This document shows positions 45,160-55,691 of a stretch of DNA of 64,000 nt, one piece after another. Location: contig JAJEEP010000165.1 of assembly GCA_022820945.1 (NCBI GenBank), positions 12,442 through 76,441 on the forward strand, read 5' to 3'. The DNA is from Alphaproteobacteria bacterium (GTDB lineage Bacteria > Pseudomonadota > Alphaproteobacteria > UBA828). The position numbers and the translations under genes were made by a program. Each line of letters starts with the position of its first letter. Position 1 is the stretch's first letter. Below the pieces are notes generated by a model that was given only the letters and a program-made list of their open reading frames with translations, was not told where the DNA came from and did not search any database.

Positions 45160-47067
45160 CTACTGGTTTTGCTGGCTGAACAGGGCCGAGAGTGTGCCCT
45201 GGTTGACCGAGATGTCATGCCGGCCGTATAGCGAAGCGCGGTAGACGTCCGTCAGATCGCTGCGCCACGCGCGTGACAGCTGGTTGCGCAGCCGGTCGCG
45301 CTCTTCGCCGGTCGCGCCCCGGCCAGCGTCGCTGACCTGCGTGAGCAGCGCGACGGCCCACCCGTCGGCGGTTGGCGCCACGATTGGCTCCCGGCTGCCT
45401 TCGTCGCTCTCGAACAGGCTCCGGATCAACGCAAACGAGGTGTCCGGCGCCGCACCCTGCCCGTCGCGCCGCACGTTCTCGAGGGTGGTCACCCTGAAGC
45501 CCGCGTCTCGGGCGGCCGCGGCGAGGTCCTCGCCGACTCTGACCCGGTCGGCCAGCGTATTCGCCACGCGCTCGGCGGCTCCTTGCTCATTCTCGCGCAC
45601 CAGCGCCGAACGCACCTGGCCCCGCACCTCCTCCAGGGGGCGCGGCGCGGGCTCGACCACCTCGTCCACCCGCAGGATGACGAAGCTCCCATCGCCGAGC
45701 TCGGTCTGGAGCGATTCGCTCCCCTCCGCCGTCTCGTAGACGAGGGTCAGAATGGCGTCGCGCTCGGCCAGCTCGACGAGCACCGGGGCCCCGCCCCGGT
45801 CGAGCCCGGTCCGGGTGATGCCGTTGAGGGCGATCGGCTCGACGCCGACCGCCATGGCGCCCATCTCCAGCGAGGCGCCGCCGCCGAGCTCGTCCTCCAG
45901 CACGGTGGAGAGGCGGAAGAGGCCCGCGCCCGCGAGGTCGAGCGCCATCTCGTCGTGCAACTCCTGCTTCACTTCCTCGAAGCTCTGACGCCGCGCCGGC
46001 TCCACCTTCTCGACCTTGAAGAGGTGCCAGCCGAACGAGGTCTGAACCGGATCGCTGACCGAGCCCTCGGAGAGGCGGAAGACCGCTTCGCTCACGTTCC
46101 TCATCGGTCCGTCGGCCCTGAACTCGGGGAGCCTCTGCACGGTGGCGCCGCGCCGGTCGAGGTCGTCGGCGACCGTGTCGAAGTTCTCGCCTTCCGCGAT
46201 CCTCTGCGCGCCGTCACGTATCAGCGCCTCGTCCTGCGCGTTGATCTGGACAACCGCGCGCCGTTCCGGCAGCTCGAACTCGTCGATCCGGGCCTCATAC
46301 TCGGCATAGACGTCTTCATCGCTCAGCTCGATCTCCGAGACCATGGCTTCGGGCGTAAGGTGAACGAGCACCGCGCTGCGCCGCTCAGGCGCCATGAAGG
46401 ATGTCGAATTCTCCTCGTAATACGTCTGGATGGCCGCCTCGTCCGGCTCGATGAGGCCGCCGATCCCGCGCGCGGGAATCAGCGCGAGCTGGGCGCTTCG
46501 CTCCTCCGCGCGGTAGCGGTGGAGGGCTTCGGTCATCGCTTCCGGCACGTTTCGGTCGCCACCGACGGAGGTGAGGATCTGATCGCGGAGAAGGTCGATG
46601 CGAATCAGATCCTCGTACTCGGTCCGGGTCATGTTGTTGCGCTCGAGGACGAGATCGTAAAGCTCGGGGTCGAAGGTCCCTCGCTCGTTTGAGAAGGCCG
46701 GCGAGGCTTCGAGCTCCTGCCTGACGCTGAAGTCCGCCGCGCTCAGCCCGAGCCTGGCCGCCTCGGCGTCCAGCAGATACTCGCGGACGAGGATGTTGAG
46801 CACCTGGCCCGTGAGACCGGCCTGGTGGGCCTCGTCGCGGGTCAGACCGGGGCGGCCGGAGCGATCCCGCTCTTGCTGCAGGGCGCGCTGAAACTGGCGG
46901 TCGAAGAGCACCGTGGGGACCTCGACCTCGCCAACCGTCGCCACCGCCGAACGGCTGCCGCCGGTAAACACGTCATTGATGCCCCAGGCGCCGAAGCTCA
47001 GGGCTAGAACGATGATGACGGCACGGCTCGCCCACGACTTGGTGGCCTGGCGCATGGATTGCAGCAT
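45160..47067 (-). CDS. ppiD: Periplasmic chaperone / peptidyl-prolyl isomerase PpiD
   Basis: 635 aa with an N-terminal membrane anchor (ASRAVIIVLALSFGAWGI), a SurA-N-like region and a parvulin-like segment (FGWHLFKVEKVEP). Confidence 0.85.
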   Translation of the reverse strand: MLQSMRQATKSWASRAVIIVLALSFGAWGINDVFTGGSRSAVATVGEVEVPTVLFDRQFQRALQQERDRSGRPGLTRDEAHQAGLTGQVLNILVREYLLDAEAARLGLSAADFSVRQELEASPAFSNERGTFDPELYDLVLERNNMTRTEYEDLIRIDLLRDQILTSVGGDRNVPEAMTEALHRYRAEERSAQLALIPARGIGGLIEPDEAAIQTYYEENSTSFMAPERRSAVLVHLTPEAMVSEIELSDEDVYAEYEARIDEFELPERRAVVQINAQDEALIRDGAQRIAEGENFDTVADDLDRRGATVQRLPEFRADGPMRNVSEAVFRLSEGSVSDPVQTSFGWHLFKVEKVEPARRQSFEEVKQELHDEMALDLAGAGLFRLSTVLEDELGGGASLEMGAMAVGVEPIALNGITRTGLDRGGAPVLVELAERDAILTLVYETAEGSESLQTELGDGSFVILRVDEVVEPAPRPLEEVRGQVRSALVRENEQGAAERVANTLADRVRVGEDLAAAARDAGFRVTTLENVRRDGQGAAPDTSFALIRSLFESDEGSREPIVAPTADGWAVALLTQVSDAGRGATGEERDRLRNQLSRAWRSDLTDVYRASLYGRHDISVNQGTLSALFSQQNQ

Positions 47068-47320
47068 TGCGGAACCCGCCCGGTGGTGGAGGCGCGCCCA
47101 AGCCTACGCGGGGCGCGCGCTGCGCCGGATAATAGGAGCGGGCGCCGACGCGGGGCAACACGCAACCTGTCTCTCCGTTCACGATCCCGCGACCACGCCG
47201 GCCTGCCCTCTGCGCCTAGCCCGAGGTCGCGGGCCGTGATAGAGCAAGGTGGTTTCGCCCGCCGGCAGTGATTACCTACGGGGGACGAGGCAGAAACACC
47301 CACAACCGCAGCCTGCACCC

Positions 47321-48076
47321 ATGACACCCCGCCGGCCGCTCTTCGTGGCCAACTGGAAGATGAACGGCCTGCATGCCGACGGGATCGCGCGCGCCAGCGC
47401 GCTCGCGGGCCACACTGCTGGCGGCGACTGCGGCGGCGATATCGTCGTCTGCCCGCCGGCGACGCTGCTCTTCGCGCTCCGGGCCGTGTTCGCCGGCTCG
47501 GCGATTGCGTTGGGCGGGCAGGATTGCCACGCGGCAGCAGAGGGCGCTCACACCGGCGACGTGAGTGGGCCGATGCTCGTCGATGCCGGCTGCACGCACG
47601 TCATCGTCGGTCACTCCGAGCGCCGGGCCGGCCACGGAGAGGGTAATGAGGAAGTGGCGGCCAAGGCGGCGGCGGCTCATGCGGCAGGTCTTGCGGCGAT
47701 CGTCTGCGTGGGCGAGAGTGCGGCCGAGCGCAACGCCGGGCGGGCGCTCGCCGTGATCGGCCGCCAGGTGGAGGGCTCGCTGCCCGCCAGCGCCACGCCC
47801 GACAACACCGCGATCGCCTATGAGCCGGTCTGGGCCATCGGCACCGGTCGCACACCGGGCCCGGCCGACATCGAGGCGGCGCACGCACAGGTGCGGGTCG
47901 GCTGGGAACGGCGATTTTCGGGAGGCGGTGAGGCGCTCCGCGTGCTATATGGCGGCTCCGTCACGGCGCGGAACGCAGGCGGGATGCTGGCCGTGCCGGG
48001 TGTGGACGGGGTTCTGGTCGGCGGAGCAAGCCTTTCTGCGGATGCGTTCTGGCAGATCTGCCAGGCACACCGGTGA
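47321..48076 (+). CDS. tpiA: Triose-phosphate isomerase
   Basis: Internal ATG at 47321. Motifs FVANWKMNG, VGHSERR, YEPVWAIGTG and YGGSV. Confidence 0.92.
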   Translation: MTPRRPLFVANWKMNGLHADGIARASALAGHTAGGDCGGDIVVCPPATLLFALRAVFAGSAIALGGQDCHAAAEGAHTGDVSGPMLVDAGCTHVIVGHSERRAGHGEGNEEVAAKAAAAHAAGLAAIVCVGESAAERNAGRALAVIGRQVEGSLPASATPDNTAIAYEPVWAIGTGRTPGPADIEAAHAQVRVGWERRFSGGGEALRVLYGGSVTARNAGGMLAVPGVDGVLVGGASLSADAFWQICQAHR

Positions 48077-48107
48077 GCCCACGCGGGACGAGTGACGAGG
48101 AGCGGCA

Positions 48108-48479
48108 GTGGAAACGATCCTGCTCGTGGTCCTGATCGTCATCGCAATCGCGATGATCGGTCTCGTGCTGCTCCAGCGCAGCGAGGGCGGTGCGCTCGGC
48201 ATCGGCGGCCCCGGTGCCATGTTCTCGGCGCGCGGGACCGCGAGCCTGCTGACGCGCGCGACGGCGGGGCTGGCAGCGGCCTTCATGATCCTGAGTCTGG
48301 TGCTCGCTATCCTCTCCGGCAGCTGGTCCGAGAAGGAATCGGTGCTGGATGCCGTGGAGGAGGATCCGCTGATCATCGAGGACGATTTGCCCCTGCCGGG
48401 CGAGCTCGACCTGCCGACCGATATCGAGCCGCTGGATCTGCTGGAAGACGACCGCCCGGCCGTCCCCCGCGCGGAGTGA
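48108..48479 (+). CDS. secG: Preprotein translocase subunit SecG
   Basis: GTG start. N-terminus ILLVVLIVIAIAMIGLVLLQRSEGGALG is typical of SecG. It sits in the conserved position between tpiA and pyrG. Confidence 0.85.
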   Translation: METILLVVLIVIAIAMIGLVLLQRSEGGALGIGGPGAMFSARGTASLLTRATAGLAAAFMILSLVLAILSGSWSEKESVLDAVEEDPLIIEDDLPLPGELDLPTDIEPLDLLEDDRPAVPRAE

Positions 48480-48610
48480 TGTTTCGCGCCGTCCTGACGG
48501 CGCTTCAGGCCATAGTGCCGCTGGCGGGGACGGCGGGGCCGGCGGGGGCGAACCAAGTAATCCGCATGCGGGTGGTGGCGACTCGGGCGCGTTTGATAAG
48601 GTAGGGGTCC

Positions 48611-50239
48611 ATGACGCGGTACATCTTCGTCACCGGCGGCGTGGTGTCCTCCCTCGGTAAGGGTCTCGCTTCGGCGGCCTTGGGCGCGCTCCTCCAGGCG
48701 CGGGGCTACCGGGTGCGGCTGCGCAAGTTCGACCCCTACCTCAACGTCGATCCGGGCACCATGAGCCCGTTTCAGCACGGCGAGGTCTACGTCACCGACG
48801 ACGGCGCCGAGACCGACCTCGACCTCGGGCACTACGAGCGCTTCACCGGCGTGCCGGCGCGGCGCAGCGACAGCGTCACCGCCGGCCAGATCTATCAGAC
48901 CGTGATCGCGAAGGAGCGGCGGGGCGACTACCTCGGCGGCACCGTGCAGGTGATCCCCCACGTCACCGACGCGATCAAGGACGCAATAGTCCGCGACAAC
49001 GACGGTGCCGACTTCGTGCTGGTGGAGATCGGCGGTACGGTGGGCGACATCGAGGGCCTGCCGTTCTTCGAATCGATCCGCCAGTTCGCCTACGAGCAGG
49101 GGCGGGACAAGGTGATGTTCATCCACCTGACGCTCGTGCCCTATATCGACACCGCCGGCGAGCTGAAGACCAAGCCCACCCAGCACTCCGTGAAGGAACT
49201 GCGCAGCATCGGCATCGCGCCGGATTTGCTGCTGTGCCGGGCGAACCGCCCGATCCCGCAGGCCGAATGCGCGAAGATTGCGCAGTTCTGCAACGTGCGC
49301 GAGGACAACGTGATCGCTGCGACCGACGTGGAGACCATCTACGAGGTCCCGCTCAGCTACCACGCGCAGGGCTTCGACACGCAAGTGATGCGCTACTTCG
49401 GCATCGCGGACGCGCCGGCGCCGGACCTCTCCGGCTGGGAGAGGATCGTCAAGCGCACGCTGACGCCGGAAGGCGAGGTGGCGATCGCGGTGGTCGGCAA
49501 GTACACCGGGCTGCGCGATGCCTACAAGTCGCTGTTCGAGGCGCTGACGCACGGCGGGGTCGCGAACAGCGTCCGCGTCGACACCCGCTGGATCGAGGCC
49601 GACGACCTGGAGGTCAACGGCACCGCCGGCGCCCTCGAATCCGTGCACGGCGTGCTGGTGCCGGGCGGCTTCGGCGAGCGCGGCGTGCCGGGCAAGATCG
49701 CGGCGGTGGAATACGCGCGCACGCGCGGCGTCCCCTACTTCGGCATCTGCTTCGGCATGCAGCTCGCGGTGATCGAGACCGCGCGCAACGTCGCCGGGAT
49801 TGCCGGCGCCGATTCCACCGAGTTCGGCCCCTGCGACGATCCGGTCATCGGGCTGATGACCGAGTGGGACCGGGACGGCGAGCTCGAGCGCCGCAACGCC
49901 GGCGACAACCTCGGCGGCACCATGCGGCTCGGCGCCTACGAAGCCGTACTCGAGCAAGGCAGCCGGGTGCGGTCGGTCTACGGCCGGGAGCGGATCTTCG
50001 AGCGCCACCGCCACCGCTACGAGGTGAACAGCACCTACCGCGAGCGGCTGGACGAGGCGGGCATGTGCTTCGCAGGCCTCTCGCCCGACGGGGCGCTCGC
50101 GGAGATCGTCGAACGCCCCGATCATCCCTGGTTCGTCGGCGTCCAGTTCCACCCGGAGCTGACCTCGCGCCCCTTCCAGCCGCATCCGCTGTTCGCCTCC
50201 TTCATCGGGGCCGCGGTCAAGCAGGCGCGGCTGGTCTAG
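48611..50239 (+). CDS. pyrG: CTP synthase
   Basis: N-terminus [18 protein letters not shown], then the GATase domain with GICFGMQ and the HRHRYEVN motif. Confidence 0.97.
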   Translation: MTRYIFVTGGVVSSLGKGLASAALGALLQARGYRVRLRKFDPYLNVDPGTMSPFQHGEVYVTDDGAETDLDLGHYERFTGVPARRSDSVTAGQIYQTVIAKERRGDYLGGTVQVIPHVTDAIKDAIVRDNDGADFVLVEIGGTVGDIEGLPFFESIRQFAYEQGRDKVMFIHLTLVPYIDTAGELKTKPTQHSVKELRSIGIAPDLLLCRANRPIPQAECAKIAQFCNVREDNVIAATDVETIYEVPLSYHAQGFDTQVMRYFGIADAPAPDLSGWERIVKRTLTPEGEVAIAVVGKYTGLRDAYKSLFEALTHGGVANSVRVDTRWIEADDLEVNGTAGALESVHGVLVPGGFGERGVPGKIAAVEYARTRGVPYFGICFGMQLAVIETARNVAGIAGADSTEFGPCDDPVIGLMTEWDRDGELERRNAGDNLGGTMRLGAYEAVLEQGSRVRSVYGRERIFERHRHRYEVNSTYRERLDEAGMCFAGLSPDGALAEIVERPDHPWFVGVQFHPELTSRPFQPHPLFASFIGAAVKQARLV

Positions 50240-50257
50240 GAGCGAAACGAGGGCGAT

Positions 50258-51097
50258 GTGAGCGAGATGCCCGCCTCCGGCCGGGTGGCGATCGGCGACT
50301 TCGAGGTGGGCAACGCGCTGCCGCTCGCGCTCATCGCCGGCCCCTGCGCCATCGAGAGCCGCGACCATGCGCTCCGGGTCTCGGAGGCGCTGGTCGAGAT
50401 GACGGCGGCCCGGAACATGCCGTTCGTCTACAAGAGCTCATTCGACAAGGCGAACCGCACCTCGGCCGGCAGCCCGCGCGGCATCGGCATCGACGAGGGG
50501 CTCGCCATCCTGGCGGCGGTGCGCGAGAGCCACGGCTGCCCGGTGCTGACCGACGTGCACCTGCCGGAGCAGTGCGCAGGCGTGGCGCAGGCGGTGGACG
50601 TGCTCCAGATCCCGGCGTTCCTCTGTCGCCAGACCGACCTGCTGCTGGCAGCGGCGGCCACGGACAAGCCGATCAACGTGAAGAAGGGCCAGTTCCTCGC
50701 GCCGTGGGACATGCGCCACGTGGTGGCGAAGATCGTCGGCGCCGGCAATCGCCGTGTGCTGGTGTGCGAGCGGGGCGCGAGCTTCGGCTACAATACGCTG
50801 GTGTCCGACATGCGGAGCCTGCCGCTGCTGGCGGAGACCGGCTGCCCGGTGGTGTTCGATGCCACCCACTCGGTGCAGCAGCCGGGCGGGCAGGGTACGG
50901 TGAGCGGCGGGCAGCGGGAGTTCGTGCCCGTGCTCGCGCGGGCCGCGGTGGCGGTGGGCGTCGCCGCGGTGTTCATGGAGACACACCCGGCGCCGGACGA
51001 CGCGCCCTCAGACGGCCCCAACATGGTGCCGCTGGATGCCCTGCCGGCGCTGCTGGATCGGCTGCTCGCCTTCGACGAGCTGGCCAAGAGACTATGA
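50258..51097 (+). CDS. kdsA: 3-deoxy-8-phosphooctulonate synthase
   Basis: Motifs [37 protein letters not shown] and DATHSVQ. Start is the GTG at 50258 or the ATG at 50267. Confidence 0.93.
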   Translation: MSEMPASGRVAIGDFEVGNALPLALIAGPCAIESRDHALRVSEALVEMTAARNMPFVYKSSFDKANRTSAGSPRGIGIDEGLAILAAVRESHGCPVLTDVHLPEQCAGVAQAVDVLQIPAFLCRQTDLLLAAAATDKPINVKKGQFLAPWDMRHVVAKIVGAGNRRVLVCERGASFGYNTLVSDMRSLPLLAETGCPVVFDATHSVQQPGGQGTVSGGQREFVPVLARAAVAVGVAAVFMETHPAPDDAPSDGPNMVPLDALPALLDRLLAFDELAKRL

Positions 51098-51108
51098 GGG
51101 AGAGAGCG

Positions 51109-52008
51109 ATGACCGAGGGATGCGTGTTCATCGGCGGCGAGTACGTGGCGCCCGAGGACGCCAGGATGTCGATCTTCGACGCAGGCTTCGTCTGGAGCGA
51201 TACCGTCTACGACGTGACCTCCACCTGGGCCGGCTGGTTCTTCATGCTGGACAAGCACCTGGAGCGCTTCGCGCGCTCCTGCGCAGGCTTCCGGCTGGAG
51301 AACCCCTACAGCGCCGACGAGATGCGCCGGATCCTCGCCGAATGCGTGGCGCGGACCGGGCTCGACAACTGCTACGTGAAGATCCAGCTCACCCGCGGCG
51401 TGATCCAGAGCCAGACCCGCGACCCGCGCCTCGGGTCGCCCCAATTCGTGGCCTACGCCACGCCCTACGCCTGGATCTGGGGCGAGGAGAAGTGCCGCAA
51501 CGGTGCTGCCCTCTATCTCAGCGGCGTGGAGCGGGTCTCGTCGAAGGCAATCGACGCCCGCTACAAGAACTACAACCGGGCGGACTTCGTGCAGGCCCGC
51601 TTTGAGGCCTACGACAACGACTGCGACGACGCGATCCTGGTGGGCGCCGACGGCTCGCTGACCGAAGGGCCGGGCTACAACATCTTCGTCGTCAAGGACG
51701 GCGCCGTGGCGACGCCCGAGACCAACGTGCTGGAGGGAATCACGCGGCGCGCGGTGGCCGAGCTCTGCGACGAGGAGCGGATTCCGTTCTCCCACCGCCG
51801 GGTGGGGCCGGAGGAGCTGGGCGCGGCGGACGAGCTGTTCGCGAGCACCACGGCCGGCGGCGTCATGCCGGTCGTGCGGCTCGGCGACAAGCCCGTCGGC
51901 AACGGCCACGCCGGGCTCCTCACCAGCCGCATCCAGTCCCGCTATTGGAGCAAGCGCGCAGACGGCTGGCACGGTACGCGGGTGGAGGACATTCGCGCCG
52001 CGGCCTAG
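51109..52008 (+). CDS. Class IV (branched-chain / D-amino-acid) aminotransferase family protein
   Basis: Internal ATG at 51109 of track ORF 49234..52008. Fold-type IV pattern (SIFDAGFVWSDTVYDV..., KNYNRADFVQA, EGPGYNIFVV, LEGITR). Confidence 0.85.
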   Translation: MTEGCVFIGGEYVAPEDARMSIFDAGFVWSDTVYDVTSTWAGWFFMLDKHLERFARSCAGFRLENPYSADEMRRILAECVARTGLDNCYVKIQLTRGVIQSQTRDPRLGSPQFVAYATPYAWIWGEEKCRNGAALYLSGVERVSSKAIDARYKNYNRADFVQARFEAYDNDCDDAILVGADGSLTEGPGYNIFVVKDGAVATPETNVLEGITRRAVAELCDEERIPFSHRRVGPEELGAADELFASTTAGGVMPVVRLGDKPVGNGHAGLLTSRIQSRYWSKRADGWHGTRVEDIRAAA

Positions 52009-52340
52009 GCGGGCCAGACTTAATCATTTCCCTCAGGCGCCGGGCGCGAACTCCGTTCGCTTGGCTTACGCGCCTAACGGCGCGGCGCGCAGTCGCGCGC
52101 TCCGGGCTGCCTCGCAGCCCGGCACGATACATGGCAAACGCTTCGTCCGTTGCCGGCAAGAGACCCTGGACCATGGTGCGGTGCACGGCGCGCTGCGGGC
52201 ACGCGATGATCGCGCCATGACCTGCAAGAGCAAACGGGCCGCGGCCGGCGGGATGAGCGTACGTGCCAGACTCCCGTTCCGCGCAGGACCTTTCAGGCCC
52301 GAACCGTCTTGGGCCGGAACGAGCCGCATCGGGAGACGCC

Positions 52341-52410
52341 GCCCTGGACCACCTTGAGCCGCCTTGGGCCACTTTGGGCCGCTTTGGGCCGGAGTAGGCC
52401 GGAATAGGCC
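52341..52410. repeat. Tandem 10-bp repeat, about 7 units (consensus close to GCYTTGGGCC) followed by a T-run
   Basis: The consecutive decamers are gccctggacc, accttgagcc, gccttgggcc, actttgggcc, gctttgggcc, ggagtaggcc and ggaataggcc, followed by gcgaattatttttt. They lie inside a 430-bp gap with no credible ORF. Confidence 0.6.
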
Positions 52411-52438
52411 GCGAATTATTTTTTCTCCGGGTGGTCGC

Positions 52439-53749
52439 TCAGAGGATGAACTTGCTGAGGTCCGCGTCCTTGGCGAGGTCGCCCACATGGGCCTCGACGT
52501 AAGGCGCATCGATGGTGATGGTCTCGCCGGAGCGATCGGCGGCCTCGAAGCTGATCTCCTCGAGCAGCTTCTCCATCACCGTATGCAGCCGGCGCGCGCC
52601 GATGTTCTCGACCGCGCGGTTGACCTCGGCGGCGAGGTCGGAGAGCGCGTCGATGGCGCAGTCGCTGAATTCCAGCGTCACGCTCTCGGTCTCCATCAGT
52701 GCGCGGTACTGGCGGATCAGGCTGTTCTCGGGCTCGGTCAGGATCTTCTTCAGGTCGTCGCGGGCGAGCGAATTCAGCTCGACGCGAATCGGCAGCCGCC
52801 CCTGGAGCTCGGGCAGCAGGTCCGCCGGCTTCGCCAGGTGGAAGGCGCCGGAGGCGATGAAGAGGATATGGTCGGTGGTGAGCGCGCCGTGCTTGGTGGT
52901 GACCGTGGTGCCCTCGATCAGCGGCAGGAGGTCGCGCTGCACGCCTTCGCGGCTCACGTCGGCGCCGAGGCGGTCGGAGCGGGCGCAGATCTTGTCGATC
53001 TCGTCGATGAAGACGATGCCGTCGTTCTCGGCGGTCTCCAGCGCGCTGCGCACGACCACGTCCTGATCGAGCAGCCGGTCGCTCTCCTCCGCCATCAGGG
53101 TGTCGTACGAATCCTCCACGCTCATGCGCTTGATCTTCTTCTGCTCGCCGAAGGCCTTGCCGAGCATGTCGCCGAGATTGACCATGCCCATCTGGGCGCC
53201 GGGCATGCCGGGAATGTCGAAGGTCGGCAGCGACGAGGCGGCCGATTCGCTGACCTCGATGTCCACCTCTTTCTCGGCGAGCGAACCGTCGCGCAACATC
53301 TTGCGGAACTTGCCGCGGGTCTCCTTGGTGGCGTTCTTGCCCACCAGGGCGTCCAGCACCCGCTCCTCGGCATTGAGCTCGGCCCTGGCCGCGACCTCCT
53401 TGCGCATACGCTCGCGGGTCATGTGGATCGAGACCTCGACCAGGTCGCGCACGATCTGCTCCACGTCGCGGCCGACGTAGCCGACCTCGGTGAACTTGGT
53501 GGCTTCCACCTTGATGAAGGGCGCCTGGGCGAGGCGGGCGAGACGGCGCGCGATCTCGGTCTTGCCGACTCCCGTCGGGCCGATCATCAGGATGTTCTTG
53601 GGCAGCACCTCCTCGCGGAGGTCGCCCGTGAGCTGCTGGCGGCGCCAGCGGTTGCGGAGTGCGATGGCGACGGAGCGCTTGGCGTCGTCCTGGCCGATGA
53701 TAAAGCGGTCGAGCTCGGAGACGATCTCGCGGGGGCTGAAGCCGGTCAT
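52439..53749 (-). CDS. hslU: ATP-dependent protease ATPase subunit HslU
   Basis: Internal ATG at 53749 ([37 protein letters not shown]). Walker A motif [15 protein letters not shown]. 436 aa. Confidence 0.95.
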   Translation of the reverse strand: MTGFSPREIVSELDRFIIGQDDAKRSVAIALRNRWRRQQLTGDLREEVLPKNILMIGPTGVGKTEIARRLARLAQAPFIKVEATKFTEVGYVGRDVEQIVRDLVEVSIHMTRERMRKEVAARAELNAEERVLDALVGKNATKETRGKFRKMLRDGSLAEKEVDIEVSESAASSLPTFDIPGMPGAQMGMVNLGDMLGKAFGEQKKIKRMSVEDSYDTLMAEESDRLLDQDVVVRSALETAENDGIVFIDEIDKICARSDRLGADVSREGVQRDLLPLIEGTTVTTKHGALTTDHILFIASGAFHLAKPADLLPELQGRLPIRVELNSLARDDLKKILTEPENSLIRQYRALMETESVTLEFSDCAIDALSDLAAEVNRAVENIGARRLHTVMEKLLEEISFEAADRSGETITIDAPYVEAHVGDLAKDADLSKFIL

Positions 53750-54309
53750 GGCTCGATCTTCTCCAGCACGATCTCGGTGTTGGTGTAGATGCAGATGTCG
53801 GCGGCGATGGTCATGGCGCGGCGCGCGACCTCCTCGGCGTCGAGGCCTTCGATTTCGAGGAGCGCCCGGGCCGCTGCGAGCGCGTACGAGCCGCCCGAGC
53901 CGATGCCGATCAGCCCGTCCGCCGGCTCCAGCACGTCGCCGGTGCCGGTGAGCACGAGCGAGACTTCGCTGTCGGCCACCGCCATCATCGCCTCCAGCCG
54001 GCGCAGGTAGCGGTCGGTGCGCCAGTCCTTGGCGAGCTCGACACAGGCGCGGGTGAGCTGGCCCGGATGCTGCTCCAGCTTGCCCTCCAGCCGCTCGAAC
54101 AAGGTGAAGGCGTCGGCCGTGGCGCCGGCGAAGCCCGCGACAATTCCGCCCTCGCCGAGGCGCCGGACCTTGCGCGCGTTGGCCTTGATGACCGTCTGCC
54201 CGAGTGTGACCTGGCCATCGCCCGCGACGACCACCATGCCGCCCTTGCGGACGGAGAGAATCGTCGTCCCGTGCCACACCGGCTCGCCTCGCCGCTCTTC
54301 CTCGGTCAT
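53746..54309 (-). CDS. hslV: ATP-dependent protease subunit HslV
   Basis: [13 protein letters not shown] (catalytic Thr after processing) and [15 protein letters not shown] preferred the ATG at 54309 over the track start at 54342. The stop overlaps the hslU start (ATGA). Confidence 0.9.
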   Translation of the reverse strand: MTEEERRGEPVWHGTTILSVRKGGMVVVAGDGQVTLGQTVIKANARKVRRLGEGGIVAGFAGATADAFTLFERLEGKLEQHPGQLTRACVELAKDWRTDRYLRRLEAMMAVADSEVSLVLTGTGDVLEPADGLIGIGSGGSYALAAARALLEIEGLDAEEVARRAMTIAADICIYTNTEIVLEKIEP

Positions 54310-54453
54310 GTTCCCCGGCCTTGCCCGCTTCGCCCGCACCATGTGGGCATTCCCCGCGTACGGTCAAGGGCGGGCGGGGAGGCGGCGCCGGTACGACCCC
54401 GCCGGTCTTGCCAACGCCGCGCGCGCGGTGCTAAGCCCGAGCGTTGGCGGCAC

Positions 54454-54528
54454 GGGCGCTTAGCTCAGGGGGAGAGCGCTTGCTTGACATGCAAGAGGTC
54501 GCTGGTTCAAATCCAGCAGCGCCCACCA
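54454..54528 (+). tRNA. tRNA-Val (anticodon GAC), CCA encoded
   Basis: Hand-folded cloverleaf. Acceptor stem GGGCGCT/AGCGCCC, D arm GCTC-AGGGGGA-GAGC, anticodon arm CTTGC-TTGACAT-GCAAG, variable loop AGGTC, T arm GCTGG-TTCAAAT-CCAGC, discriminator A, then CCA. Confidence 0.9.
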
Positions 54529-54659
54529 GTCCGCCGCGCACGCCGGCGAGCGAAGGCTGAGCGACGGGCGCACGGCGCCCCGCTCTTCCCTCCCCACCTC
54601 ATGCCTGCCGCCCGCCTTGACCCGAGAGAGCGCCGGGCTGCGCCGCGCTGGGCAGGGCC

Positions 54660-55619
54660 ATGAGGCGGCTGCTCGAGGAGTTCCGCGAGAACCGGCTCAT
54701 GCTGCCGACCGTGCTGCTGCTGCTCGGCGGCATCTCCTACGGCAGCCTGTTTACCGCCAACAAGATCGCGATCGACGCGGGCTTTCCCTTCATCGCCTAT
54801 TCGTTCTGGCAGGCACTGTTCGCCGGCGTGGTCACGCTGGCACTCGCCGCGATCGTCTCCAAGCCGCCATCGCTCAGGAAAGAGAACCTCCGGGTCTTCG
54901 GACTGGTGGCGGTCTTCGGCTTCCTGGGCCCGCTTCTGGTCGTCACCTACGTCGCCGACCGATTGCCGCCGGCGGTGCTCACGCTCTGCGCCGCGCTGAT
55001 CCCGGCGGCCACTTACACGCTCACCCTCGTGCTCAGGTTCGACCGCTTCCGCTGGCTCAGCGTCGCCGGCGTACTGCTTGGCTTCGGCGGGATCCTGCTC
55101 ATCGTCGTGCCCACGGGGAGCCTGCCCGAGTCGGGCGCCTGGGTGTGGGTGCTGTTCTCGCTGCTGATGCCGCTTTGTGCGGCCGTGAACAACGTCGCGG
55201 GCGCCCGCTTCTCGCCGGTTGGCGTGAGCGCGTTCGCACTCTGCGGCGGCATGATGATGGTGGCAGCTCTGCTGCTGCTCATCGTGATGCTCGCCCAAGG
55301 CGAGCTGTTCCTGCCGACGGACGCCGACTCCTCCGGGCTCTGGGGCCTGCTCTGGGCCACGGCCGGCCAGGCGATCACCTACAGCTGCTTCTTCGAGATC
55401 GTGCGCCGCGCCGGCGCGCTCTTCTTCGCGCAGCTCAACTACGTGGTGGTCGCCGCGGGCATCTTCTGGGCCAGCATCTTCTTCGGCGCGGCGCTAAGCC
55501 ACTGGGTCTGGGCCGCGGTGGCGGTACTGGTGATCAGTCTGGTCCTGATTAACGCCGGCACCGCGCGGGGGCTGCGCGAGCAGGCCGCCCGCTACGAGGC
55601 CAAGCGGTCGGACCAATAG
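54660..55619 (+). CDS. DMT-superfamily (EamA-like) transporter
   Basis: 319 aa with about 10 TM helices and a duplicated EamA-type architecture. Confidence 0.8.
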   Translation: MRRLLEEFRENRLMLPTVLLLLGGISYGSLFTANKIAIDAGFPFIAYSFWQALFAGVVTLALAAIVSKPPSLRKENLRVFGLVAVFGFLGPLLVVTYVADRLPPAVLTLCAALIPAATYTLTLVLRFDRFRWLSVAGVLLGFGGILLIVVPTGSLPESGAWVWVLFSLLMPLCAAVNNVAGARFSPVGVSAFALCGGMMMVAALLLLIVMLAQGELFLPTDADSSGLWGLLWATAGQAITYSCFFEIVRRAGALFFAQLNYVVVAAGIFWASIFFGAALSHWVWAAVAVLVISLVLINAGTARGLREQAARYEAKRSDQ

Positions 55620-55691
55620 CGGCGATAACCTCTTGCCGCGCCACGCAAATCGGCCTATCTACCGCGAGCATTTGAGCGACGACGGCGAACC

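Noticed and set aside
52341-52410. Decamer array as a CRISPR-like or minisatellite-coding feature.
   Set aside because: The units are 10 bp with no spacers, far too short for CRISPR, and no cas genes are present. Every reading frame through the array gives low-complexity Gly/Pro/Ala/Leu text with no start context. I kept it as a non-coding tandem repeat only.
51920-52509. ORFs 51945..52220, 52061..52357 (+) and 51920..52372, 52066..52509 (-) in the aminotransferase/hslU gap as real genes or a pseudogene remnant.
   Set aside because: They show no recognisable motif. They are mutually overlapping frames with Arg/Ala/Pro-rich composition and no Shine-Dalgarno at their starts, and two of them overlap the ends of well-supported genes.
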